Shown here piece by piece: positions 39,756 to 48,779 of a stretch of 64,000 bases of DNA. Location of the stretch: positions 32,001 to 96,000 of the IMG/VR virus record IMGVR_UViG_3300033076_001485; one strand, 5' to 3'. The notes under the pieces are model-generated. The model ran no database searches, was not told where the DNA came from, and was given only the letters and a program-made list of their open reading frames with translations. How positions within the stretch are numbered: the first letter of the stretch is position 1; each line of letters starts with the position of its first letter. The stretch comes from a virus. Lineage: Duplodnaviria > Caudoviricetes. A program made the position numbers and the translations under genes.

Positions 39756-41690
39756 ATGTCAAAGGCATTTAGCCTTAATCACCTCACAGAGGGCATTAAG
39801 GATCGTAATAACAGCGTCGAGGGTCAGCGTCTCGTTGAGAAGTGGACCCGCACCGGTCTTCTCCGCGGCCTCGAGGGCCCAAAGCGTGACAACATGGCAC
39901 GCCTCCTCGAGAACCAGGCAGCCCAGGTTCTTCGTGAGGTCAACAGCATCGGCAATGGCGGCGGCAGCACCACTTCTTCTGGTGACATCCGCGGCTTTGC
40001 TAACATCGCATTCCCCATCGTCCGCCGCGTGTTCGGTGGTCTCGTGGCTAACGAGCTCGTCTCCATCCAGCCCATGAGCCTCCCATCCGGTCTCCTCTTC
40101 TACCTAGATTACACCTACGGCACCAACGTCGGTGGTAATCTCGGCGCAGACGGTCTCGGCACAAGCGCAGTGAGCACATACACCGCAGGCAAGTCAATCT
40201 ACAACAACCCAACCGGTAAGGGCATCCGCAGCGGATCTCTCGCCACCGGTGGCCAGTACGACCTCGTCGGCACATCCTACTCACAGGTCCACCAGAAGAA
40301 TGCCAATGTCCAGCTCTGGGCATCTGGTGCATTCCACACCGGCAACTCAATTGTCGCTGGCATCTCTGCATGGGCAACTGGCACTGACGGCAAGCTCCTC
40401 GGCTTCGACCCACAGATCACCAACCTCATCGAGGCAAATAGCGGCGGTCCAGGTGCAACAGCAGGCGACGGTGTATTCTCCTTCGCAGTCCTCAAGACAA
40501 GCGGCTTCACCAACCTCGACGCAACTCAGGTGAAAGACATTTCTCTCTTCAGCAACGGTCTAACAGTAACCATTCCCAACATGGGTCTGGCTACAATCGG
40601 CGAGACTGTTCAGGGTGGTTCAGGTCTCCTCAACGTTCGTCGCCTCAACCAGCTCGGAACATTCTCCGGCGGCGTCTTCACACCAAACCCACTCGTTGAT
40701 CTTGCAGCTTCAAATGCCGCAATCCTCACCGTTGTGTCAGGCGTCTTCACACCTGCAGCATCCGTTGTAACAGGCCCCTTCCTCTCAGCATCATACGTCG
40801 TCTCCGACGCCTTCAGCGCTGATCCCAACGATGCATCCGCACTCACCGTCCCAGTCTTCGAGTCTGACTTTGGACCATCCGGTGCAGGTTACAGCCCAAC
40901 ACCCGTCATCCCCGAGATCGACATCAAGATCGAGTCCATCGCGGTAACTGCAACGACCCGCAAGCTCCGCGCTCGCTGGTCACCAGAGCTCGCTCAGGAC
41001 CTCAATGCTTACCACAGCATGGATGCCGAGGTTGAGCTCACCCAGATCCTCTCAGAGCAGATCGCTCTCGAGATCGACCGCGAGATCCTCAACGACCTCC
41101 TCACTCAGGCCAACGGCGCTAACTTCTTCTGGAGCCGCGCTCCTGGCAAGTTCGTCAACAAGGTCACCGGTGCTGAGATCCTTCAGGGCACCAACTCACC
41201 CGGCCCCCAGTTCACTGGTACCGTTCGTGAGTGGTACGAGACCCTCATCGAGACCATCATCGACGTTGCTAACGAGATCCACCGCAAGACCCTCCGTGGC
41301 TCGGCCAACTTCATCGTGGTTTCACCCGATGTCGCCACCGTCCTCGAGGCTTCAGTGCTCTACAAGCCCAGCTACAGCCTCGACGGCCAGGGCCAGGTCG
41401 GCAGCGGCTTCTCCATCGGTGCAACCCCCGTTGGCAGCCTCTCCAACCGCTTCACCGTCTACAAGGACCCCTACTTCCCACGTAACAAGATCCTCGTCGG
41501 TTACAAGGGTGGTAGCTACCTCGAGACCGGCTACGTCTACGCTCCTTACGTCCCACTGATCGTCACCCCCACCATCTTCGCTCCAGAGGACTTCACCCCA
41601 CGTAAGGGCGTGATGACTCGCTACGGCAAGAAGATGGTCCGCAGTGACTTCTACGGCACCGTAACCTGCCTCGACATGAACATCATCTGA
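39756..41690 (+). CDS. gp23: major capsid protein (T4 gp23-like) with a large insertion
   Basis: LLENQ, PIVRRVF, VSIQPMSLPSGLLFYLD, TRKLRARWSPELAQDLNAYH, EIDREIL, YAPYVPL, FTPRKGVMTRY; AAGGAG RBS. Confidence 0.97.
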   Translation: MSKAFSLNHLTEGIKDRNNSVEGQRLVEKWTRTGLLRGLEGPKRDNMARLLENQAAQVLREVNSIGNGGGSTTSSGDIRGFANIAFPIVRRVFGGLVANELVSIQPMSLPSGLLFYLDYTYGTNVGGNLGADGLGTSAVSTYTAGKSIYNNPTGKGIRSGSLATGGQYDLVGTSYSQVHQKNANVQLWASGAFHTGNSIVAGISAWATGTDGKLLGFDPQITNLIEANSGGPGATAGDGVFSFAVLKTSGFTNLDATQVKDISLFSNGLTVTIPNMGLATIGETVQGGSGLLNVRRLNQLGTFSGGVFTPNPLVDLAASNAAILTVVSGVFTPAASVVTGPFLSASYVVSDAFSADPNDASALTVPVFESDFGPSGAGYSPTPVIPEIDIKIESIAVTATTRKLRARWSPELAQDLNAYHSMDAEVELTQILSEQIALEIDREILNDLLTQANGANFFWSRAPGKFVNKVTGAEILQGTNSPGPQFTGTVREWYETLIETIIDVANEIHRKTLRGSANFIVVSPDVATVLEASVLYKPSYSLDGQGQVGSGFSIGATPVGSLSNRFTVYKDPYFPRNKILVGYKGGSYLETGYVYAPYVPLIVTPTIFAPEDFTPRKGVMTRYGKKMVRSDFYGTVTCLDMNII

Positions 41691-41712
41691 TGTTCTAGCC
41701 ACTAGGCAAACA

Positions 41713-41743
41713 GGCGGCCACCCTTCGGGGTGGCCGTTTTGTT
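41713..41743 (+). terminator. intrinsic terminator after the capsid gene, C(UUCG)G tetraloop
   Basis: CGGCCACCC-TTCG-GGGTGGCCG followed by TTTTGTT. Confidence 0.92.
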
Positions 41744-41854
41744 ATGGAAAATACGCCAGAGATCACCAGATGAGGCGCATGATATTTAGTTCTATGTGAT
41801 GTTATTTACATCATAAGACGCGAAATAGATCTGATTTTTTACTACAGTTCAATT

Positions 41855-41885
41855 CGTGATATTTATTTTAATAGGAGTTATCATG
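41855..41885 (+). promoter_or_regulatory. late-type motif ATATTTA (41859-65) in the 5' arm of a hairpin covering AGGAG and ATG 41883
   Basis: CGTGATA (41855-61) pairs with TATCATG (41879-85, one G-U), plus an inner TTTAT/ATAGG stem. Confidence 0.5.
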
Positions 41886-42290
41886 GGAAGACGTTGGTGG
41901 CAAAAAGAAGCAAGGGTTAAAGCTGAAGAAGAACGTCTTGCTTCAAAAAGAGCGGCTGCTCTGCTTAAAACTGCAAGTGAAGCAATCAAAGATGGTCATA
42001 TAACAGTTGCTGAAGTTATTTCAGTAGCAGCTGCTGTTGAGGAAGTCGTTGAGGCAGTGTACAATGATTTTGTTTCTGACAAAGATGAAAAATCGCCAGA
42101 CCAGAATGACGGTGTAGAAAAAAATAATGTCGAAGTAGAAGAATCTGTTGAGTCTGAGGAGACAACAGAAGAAAAAATAGAAAATGCTATTGAAGCAGCA
42201 GCCCCAATAGCAGCAGCAATTGTGACAAAAGTTGTCAATAACAATCAGAATCACAAGAATAATATTAATAAAAACAAGCGTCGCCGCTGA
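41883..42290 (+). CDS. hypothetical acidic low-complexity protein
   Basis: AGGAG at 41873-77 supports ATG 41883 over the track's GTG 41856; Glu-rich middle, Asn/Lys/Arg-rich end. Confidence 0.7.
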   Translation: MGRRWWQKEARVKAEEERLASKRAAALLKTASEAIKDGHITVAEVISVAAAVEEVVEAVYNDFVSDKDEKSPDQNDGVEKNNVEVEESVESEETTEEKIENAIEAAAPIAAAIVTKVVNNNQNHKNNINKNKRRR

Positions 42291-42478
42291 TGTTAGAAGA
42301 AATTAGAAAAATAATACGTAGCATTCTTCAAGAAAGAATTGTTAAATTACCCAATGGAAAATGGGCAGTTTACCCAAAAAAAGGTGGTAAACGCTTGGGA
42401 ACACACGATACAGAAGCAGGCGCAAAACGTCAGCTTGCTGCTATAGAAATTTCTAAGAAAATGCACGGTTCACGTTAG
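42290..42478 (+). CDS. small basic protein (62 aa), N-terminal IRKIIRSILQE helix followed by a KRLGTH...AKRQLAAIE module
   Basis: TGATG coupling to the upstream gene; compact beta-beta-beta-alpha-like pattern. Confidence 0.75.
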   Translation: MLEEIRKIIRSILQERIVKLPNGKWAVYPKKGGKRLGTHDTEAGAKRQLAAIEISKKMHGSR

Positions 42479-42498
42479 TAATCTACGTATGTTTACAG

Positions 42499-42536
42499 TT
42501 GGGCACGATACTTACAGATTGTAGGAACGTGCCCAA
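42499..42536 (+). promoter_or_regulatory. RBS/start-occluding hairpin containing the late-type motif GATACTTA (42507-14)
   Basis: TTGGGCACG (42499-507) is the exact reverse complement of CGTGCCCAA (42528-36). An inner CTTACA/TGTAGG stem covers the AGG of the RBS. ATG at 42536. Confidence 0.7.
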
Positions 42537-43711
42537 TGTCTACTTTTGCAACAACAGCAAATCCAACACCGTTTGGCGTGTTTGATCTTGAGACCGATTA
42601 TATTACTGATGCAGATAAGATGGTTGTTTTCGTAAAGCGAAAACTGGGAGATGATGTGCTCTCAGTTGAGCTTACTAAGAAGCAAATATGGGCCAACTTT
42701 GAAGAAGCATGTTTTGAGTATGGATCAATACTCAATCAGTATCAAGCAAAAAGCCAACTTGTCAATTGGCTCGGATATGCAACGGGTACACTGTCAGGAT
42801 CAGAAAATCTTTATCCTCGCGAGAGCTTAGAATTTTTGACAAGATTTGCAGAACCTTACGCATCTGAAGCCGACATTGGTGGGTCTTATAATCAAATTTC
42901 AGGTTCAATTCCGCTTGAGCCCGGACGTCAAGATTACGACATCTATCAAGAGTTGGTTGATTCATCTGGAATCCCTATTGTTAGTTCATCTCTTAACACA
43001 ATGAATGGGAAAATGAGAATTAGTGAAGTATTTCACTTTTCACCTCAGGCAGCATACAGATTTTTTGATACAACATCAGCAATTAATTATTTAAATAACG
43101 CATTTTCATTTGAGTCGTTCACACCTGAGACAATTTTCTACGTCTTACCAGTGTTTGAGGATGTTTTAAGAGCGGGCCAGCTTGATCTCTCAAACAGAGT
43201 GAGAAGATCAAATTATTCATATAAAGTCATTGGTACTAAAATAAGAATTTATCCAATGCCAACAAAAATAACGACACCAATGCCGCGCCTCTTTATCAGA
43301 GTCAAATTTATGCAGGATCCAATACATCCTGCATTCGCTGACCGATCAATTTATGGTGTGTCAAATCTTTCTAACATACCATTTGGTAATTTGCAATATA
43401 ACAGAATTAATAGCATTGGTCGACAATGGATACGCCAGTACACACTTGCATTGTCAATGGAAACGCTTGGAATGATTCGTAGTAAAATGGGTACTTTACC
43501 TGTTCCAGGCGGCAATGTAACGCTTAACGGCGCTGATCTTGTCTCAAAAGGCAGAGAGGATAAAAAAGAATTCGTAACAAAGCTCAAAGAGATGCTTGAT
43601 ACCATGACATATGATAAGCTAATAGAGCAACAAGCAACTCGTGCAGAAAACTTGAGCAAGCAACTTAAGTTTATACCACCGCCCAATGGCAAAGCAATAT
43701 TCACGGGGTGA
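42536..43711 (+). CDS. gp13: neck protein / head-tail adaptor (T4 gp13-like)
   Basis: RKLGDDVLSVEL N-terminus; QWIRQYTLAL...LGMIRSK...PGGNVTLNG C-terminus. Confidence 0.85.
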   Translation: MSTFATTANPTPFGVFDLETDYITDADKMVVFVKRKLGDDVLSVELTKKQIWANFEEACFEYGSILNQYQAKSQLVNWLGYATGTLSGSENLYPRESLEFLTRFAEPYASEADIGGSYNQISGSIPLEPGRQDYDIYQELVDSSGIPIVSSSLNTMNGKMRISEVFHFSPQAAYRFFDTTSAINYLNNAFSFESFTPETIFYVLPVFEDVLRAGQLDLSNRVRRSNYSYKVIGTKIRIYPMPTKITTPMPRLFIRVKFMQDPIHPAFADRSIYGVSNLSNIPFGNLQYNRINSIGRQWIRQYTLALSMETLGMIRSKMGTLPVPGGNVTLNGADLVSKGREDKKEFVTKLKEMLDTMTYDKLIEQQATRAENLSKQLKFIPPPNGKAIFTG

Positions 43712-43714
43712 TAA

Positions 43715-44380
43715 ATGGCACGTCTTTTCATAACAGAACGAGAGATGAATTTTGTCAATGACATAATGAAGGAAGTTGTCAAAGATGTTATTGGTCAAAA
43801 GATTTATTATTATTCAATATCAGAAATTAAATCACGTGTTCACGATGTCTATGAAGAGGCACCAAATAAAATCTTTGAAAATCCCATTGAAATCGATGCT
43901 CTAGTAAAATATTCAGCTCAAGAAGTAAAAACGGGACGATTTGGATCAGAAGAATATTACAACATCGAGTGCTATATTCAAGTAAGAGATTTAATTGATA
44001 AGCACATAGATGTCAAAGAAGGTGACTTTTTTTCTTACGGCGACTCATTTTTTGAGATTACAAAGGCGCCAAAATCTGACGTTATTTTTGGTCAAATTGA
44101 GCACAAAAGTTATATTACTGTGTCAGGTAAACAAGCACGCAAAGGTCAGTTTATTACACGCGTTTTGGGCCCAACTTCAGAAGAATATTCAGATTCTGAC
44201 GCAATTCAATCCACATTTGTTCAACAGCGCGGATTTGAAGAGAACAAACTTGGAAAGACAGGAGATGTACGTGATCTTCAAAAGAACGGTGTACTTGATG
44301 CGCCTCTATCAGGACCTGCAGAAGTTTCTCCCCGTGGTGATCCGCAGAAAGTCGGATCGTCATTTTACGATGAGTCTTAA
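43715..44380 (+). CDS. gp14: head closure / neck protein (T4 gp14-like)
   Basis: IGQKIYYY, VYEEA, VKEGDFF..GDSFFEI; position between gp13-like and gp15-like genes. Confidence 0.75.
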   Translation: MARLFITEREMNFVNDIMKEVVKDVIGQKIYYYSISEIKSRVHDVYEEAPNKIFENPIEIDALVKYSAQEVKTGRFGSEEYYNIECYIQVRDLIDKHIDVKEGDFFSYGDSFFEITKAPKSDVIFGQIEHKSYITVSGKQARKGQFITRVLGPTSEEYSDSDAIQSTFVQQRGFEENKLGKTGDVRDLQKNGVLDAPLSGPAEVSPRGDPQKVGSSFYDES

Positions 44381-44382
44381 AA

Positions 44383-45579
44383 ATGGCAGATAAGCTTAAA
44401 TCAGGTTATGAGGGAACTAATGTTCCAGAAGATTTTTCAATCCCATCAGTCGGAATTGAAGATATCGATAGAGCTGTTTTTGATCTATTCAACACACGTC
44501 TTGCTTTTGAAACAAAAGTAAATAATCAAACAAATCGTGTTCCAGTGATATTTGCCTCTGGTGAAAGATTTGCTCTAACACGTAGAGATAATCCGCTTAG
44601 AGACAACAATAATGTTCTAATTTTACCGCTAATATCAATTAAAAGAGGCGCAATAGGTCATAAGACGCAAGCAGATGTCTTTGGGACAGCAATTAATATT
44701 AGAAAAACATCAGATTATTATATTAAAAAACGACTTGATAAGTCAGATAGAGATTATCAAAAAGTTACAAATAATCTGCGTCTTAAAAATCAAAAAGACG
44801 TTGCCACTAGAAGTCACATTTCTAATACAGATACGTCACCAGGCACACAATCTGTTGTAGGAGAAGTTGCATCTAGACGTCAAGGCGGTCCTCTAACCTT
44901 TAGAGATCCACAAAAATTTAAACTTCTTAGTAATGATCTTACAAACAATATTTATGAATTCATAACAGTTCCATATCCAAAATTTGTAGGAATTACCTAC
45001 AATGTTGTTTTTTGGACGCAGTATATGCAAGAAATGAATCAATTAATTGAAACATTTATGATGAAATTTGATGGTCAAGCACCAGAGTTTGTGCTTGAAA
45101 CTAGCAAAGGTTATAAATTTACTGCATTTGTACAAAATACTTTTACTAATAGTGATAATTTTGATGACTTCACAAATGATGAACGCATCATCAAAATGAG
45201 TTTTGACATAAAGGTCCCAGGGTACATTATTGCGCCAGAGCATCCTGGTCTACCTTCACCATTTAGAAAATTTGTCAGTGCACCACAAATTAATTTTGAA
45301 ATTTGGGAGCAAAATGCGCAGCTTGTGACTGACCCACAATCAATTAATTCTCAAGAAATTATCAATAAATTTTCGTTATCAGATATAGTGCCATTAAATA
45401 GCGAAGGTCATGAGATATCGAAGCGCGGTGATGATAAATTACATGTTATTGAAAAAATACAAAATCCTTTTACGGGTCAGGAGCAAACAAGTTATTTAAA
45501 AGTTACCTCCCGTGTTCCTAAAGCAGGTGAGACAATACTTACGATGCAGAAGATTAAGAAGATAGATGTCATTGAGTGA
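44383..45579 (+). CDS. gp15: tail terminator / sheath stabiliser (T4 gp15-like)
   Basis: VPVIFASGER, LPLISIKR, VPYP...ITYNVVFWTQYMQEMNQLIE, FDIKVPGYI; upstream of the sheath genes. Confidence 0.75.
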   Translation: MADKLKSGYEGTNVPEDFSIPSVGIEDIDRAVFDLFNTRLAFETKVNNQTNRVPVIFASGERFALTRRDNPLRDNNNVLILPLISIKRGAIGHKTQADVFGTAINIRKTSDYYIKKRLDKSDRDYQKVTNNLRLKNQKDVATRSHISNTDTSPGTQSVVGEVASRRQGGPLTFRDPQKFKLLSNDLTNNIYEFITVPYPKFVGITYNVVFWTQYMQEMNQLIETFMMKFDGQAPEFVLETSKGYKFTAFVQNTFTNSDNFDDFTNDERIIKMSFDIKVPGYIIAPEHPGLPSPFRKFVSAPQINFEIWEQNAQLVTDPQSINSQEIINKFSLSDIVPLNSEGHEISKRGDDKLHVIEKIQNPFTGQEQTSYLKVTSRVPKAGETILTMQKIKKIDVIE

Positions 45580-45598
45580 GCTTTTAGCCCGGGGACAG

Positions 45599-45606
45599 GA
45601 TAGTTA
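45599..45606 (+). promoter_or_regulatory. candidate late promoter GATAGTTA (second copy ATACTTA at 45535-45541)
   Basis: The identical GATAGTTA recurs before sheath 2 and before the tube gene. Confidence 0.6.
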
Positions 45607-45629
45607 TATTCGGCTTTAAAGTCGGAGTA

Positions 45630-48600
45630 ATGATGGCAGAGACAACTTTTCGGTCACCCGGGTTCTTCGAGCAAGAGATTGATCTTTCAGCTCCTGCAGC
45701 ACCTGGAGTAACAGGCGTTCCAGTCGGTGTAATTGGAACAGCTGAAATTGGCCCCGCGTTTGTCCCAGTGACAGTTGGCAATGTTGGCCAGCTACAGCAA
45801 ATTTTTGGTTCACCGCGTGCTTCTGATATTGGTTTGCAGGGAGCAAGCCAGTACCTAGAAAACGGCACAGCGCTAACATACGTTAGAGTTTTAGGGTGTG
45901 GTGCAAATTCTACAACAGCAGATTTTAGCACAACAACATCACAAGGCACAGTAAAAAATGCAGGTTTTGTTATTAAAGGAACATCACCTGCAGGCGGGTC
46001 TGACAATAGACACGTGGGTGCATTGCAGTACATAACGGCTAAACACTGGGTATCAGCATCTGCAGATGTGGGTTACCCAATTTTCACAGACAACAATAGC
46101 TTTAGCGTTGCATCAGGTGATAATTTTGTCCATCTCGTAAGAGGCATGGTCATGATGGCATCGGGAACGCGTTTGCAGATTCTTGACCACGATCAAGCAT
46201 ATGCACCTGCAAACGTAGCAGATGATGCAGCAACCATTGGAAGCACAGTTGGATCAAGTCTTTATAGAAAATTTAAATTAGTAATTTCTAGTTCGGCTCA
46301 AGGCTATTCAACTGGGGATGGTCAAACTTGTGTTAGAATTTTAACAGCATCTCTAGACCCATCAGATTCAGCTTATATTAAGAATATTCTTAATACAGAC
46401 CCAACAAGGTTTGAAACTGAAGAGCATCTTCTCTACGCAGATTTTCCTGTAGAATCAGAAATTGCAATTGTTTCAACAGAAACAGGCGCTGTAGCAGTTG
46501 TGTCAGGATCAGCAAGCACATCAAGCACATCAGGCGATACATCACAATCATTTAGAGACGCATTTGGTAGATTTGATACGAGATATTCGTCAGCAAAGAC
46601 GACATATTTTATCTCCCAACCATACGGCTCAAGTGAATACGATCTTTTCTATTTTGAGACTCTGAATGATGGTGCTAACACATCTCAAAAATATAAGATT
46701 TCAATTAGCACTCTTGCTAAATCAAATGATCCTGCAAACCCATACGGGACATTCACAGTTCAAGTAAGAGATTTTTATGATACAGATAAAAATCCTGTGA
46801 TCATTGAGCAATACCCAAATTGCACTCTTAACCCAGATGACAGTGATTATGTTGCTAAAAGAATTGGCGACCAGAAATCATTCTTTAACTTTGATGCTCT
46901 AGTCCCAGATGAGAGAAAATCTTACACATCTGGTACGCGCAAAAATGTGTCAAATTGCATTAGAATTGTAATGCACCCAAGTGTAGAGTCTAAGAGAATT
47001 CCTGCAGATGCATTGCCATTCGGTTTCAGAGGATTGCCTGTTATTAAGACAACAGACACTCTAACAGACGGAACAGCAGGACTTGCTGGCTTCGGATCTT
47101 CCCCAGCAAGAAGACTTGCAGGTGTTTTCCCATCAGATAGCTTAGTAGAGCATACGGGCTCTGTTTTGCCTCCAGTTCCAATGCGTTTTAAAGTTACAAC
47201 AAATGCTGTAAACCCATCGGGAATATTTGTCGGTAACCCAGGTAATCTTGAATTAACCGACGCATCTTACTACTGGGGCATTAAATCTGAGACAGTTCCT
47301 TCAACAGGAAGCGTCAGCAATGCTATTTTAAGATCTAATGATAGCTCTACATTTAATAATTTGCTAGCATCATACAGCAAGCTTCTGGGCATTCAAAAAC
47401 TAGACGTGCTTGTAACTGGATCGGCAGCTGATGCTTTTGCTAATAACAAGTTTACGTTGGCACGAGTAGCGCTAAATAATTCACTCAACGGTAGAACAGT
47501 TGTTAATGCACTGTCTGATTTAACTGGAACTGCTGAGCAGCACATGCTTGAAACAGCATATATTAGAAATGGCACAGTTAATCCTACAAATTACACAGTT
47601 ACACCAACAGGTGAGGGTAATAGACTAACATTTGCATCTCTCTACTCTGTAACATCGTCAATCTACTTTAATAAGTTCACAAACTACGCAAAGTTTACAA
47701 ATATCTTTGCAGGTGGTTTTGATGGTCTTAATATTCTTGATCCCGATATGAATAAGATGAATGACAGATCTATGTCATCAGAGACAGGTGGCAAAGCGGT
47801 AGCATCTGTCAACATTGGTCTGAATTCATCTTACACACCCGGCGCAGGAACAAGTAATAGCATTGTATCAGCATACAGAACAGCAGCTGAAATACTAACA
47901 AATCGGTATGCATCAGGAATTAACGTTCTTGTTGCGCCTGGAGCAAGAGATTCTTCTGTAACAAATTACATTGCTTCACTTGTCCAGAATTATGGATTTG
48001 CAATCTACTTGATGGACATTCCTGGTTATGATTACAATGGAAATCGTCTATATGATGATAGCGCTAGCCGACCTGACGTCCAGCAGACTGGTAATAAATT
48101 CGCAAGTAGACGCTTGAATAATAATTTCACTGCAGTTTATTTCCCCGATGTTTCAATGCAAGATCGCGGCGGTTCTACACGCAAGATTAAGGCACCTGCA
48201 TCTGTTGCGGCACTTGCAGCAATTGGATACAATGATTCTGTATCGCATCCTTGGTATGCACCTGCAGGATTTAATCGTGGCGCACTTAACTTTGTCACAA
48301 CAACAGCAGTTAGATTGAATTCAAATGATCGTGACTTCTTGTACGATAATCGAATTAATCCAATAACATCATTCCCAGGTACGGGCTATGTAATATTTGG
48401 ACAGAAAACACTGCAGGTCGGAAAATCTGCACTCGATCGTGTTAATGTTCGTCGTCTTGTGAATGAAGTCAAGAGAACGGTTAGCAATATTGCAAGTAAT
48501 TTCTTGTTTGAGCAGAATAATGCAGCTACAAGAGCTTCATTTGTTGCTCAAGTAAACCCAGCACTCGCACTAGTTCAAGCACAGCAGGGTATTGAAGGAT

Positions 48601-48749
48601 TCCGCGTAATCGTTGACGAAACCAACAATACACAAGCAGATGTGATTGCAAACCGGTTAAATGGCCGAGTCATAATCATCCCAACACGTGCAGTTGAGTT
48701 TATCTCAATTGATTTCATTGTTACAGATAATGGCGCAAGCTTTGCGTGA
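45630..48749 (+). CDS. gp18: tail sheath protein, copy 1
   Basis: SPGFFEQEIDLS, GPAFVPVTV, WYAPAGFNRG, RINPI, FGQKTL, SALDRVNVRRL, FEQNN, IIPTRAVEFI. Confidence 0.95.
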   Translation: MMAETTFRSPGFFEQEIDLSAPAAPGVTGVPVGVIGTAEIGPAFVPVTVGNVGQLQQIFGSPRASDIGLQGASQYLENGTALTYVRVLGCGANSTTADFSTTTSQGTVKNAGFVIKGTSPAGGSDNRHVGALQYITAKHWVSASADVGYPIFTDNNSFSVASGDNFVHLVRGMVMMASGTRLQILDHDQAYAPANVADDAATIGSTVGSSLYRKFKLVISSSAQGYSTGDGQTCVRILTASLDPSDSAYIKNILNTDPTRFETEEHLLYADFPVESEIAIVSTETGAVAVVSGSASTSSTSGDTSQSFRDAFGRFDTRYSSAKTTYFISQPYGSSEYDLFYFETLNDGANTSQKYKISISTLAKSNDPANPYGTFTVQVRDFYDTDKNPVIIEQYPNCTLNPDDSDYVAKRIGDQKSFFNFDALVPDERKSYTSGTRKNVSNCIRIVMHPSVESKRIPADALPFGFRGLPVIKTTDTLTDGTAGLAGFGSSPARRLAGVFPSDSLVEHTGSVLPPVPMRFKVTTNAVNPSGIFVGNPGNLELTDASYYWGIKSETVPSTGSVSNAILRSNDSSTFNNLLASYSKLLGIQKLDVLVTGSAADAFANNKFTLARVALNNSLNGRTVVNALSDLTGTAEQHMLETAYIRNGTVNPTNYTVTPTGEGNRLTFASLYSVTSSIYFNKFTNYAKFTNIFAGGFDGLNILDPDMNKMNDRSMSSETGGKAVASVNIGLNSSYTPGAGTSNSIVSAYRTAAEILTNRYASGINVLVAPGARDSSVTNYIASLVQNYGFAIYLMDIPGYDYNGNRLYDDSASRPDVQQTGNKFASRRLNNNFTAVYFPDVSMQDRGGSTRKIKAPASVAALAAIGYNDSVSHPWYAPAGFNRGALNFVTTTAVRLNSNDRDFLYDNRINPITSFPGTGYVIFGQKTLQVGKSALDRVNVRRLVNEVKRTVSNIASNFLFEQNNAATRASFVAQVNPALALVQAQQGIEGFRVIVDETNNTQADVIANRLNGRVIIIPTRAVEFISIDFIVTDNGASFA

Positions 48750-48751
48750 TT

Positions 48752-48759
48752 GATAGTTA
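48752..48759 (+). promoter_or_regulatory. candidate late promoter GATAGTTA
   Basis: In the 30-nt gap before sheath 2. Confidence 0.6.
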
Positions 48760-48779
48760 AGGATAAGAGAGGTTAACAA

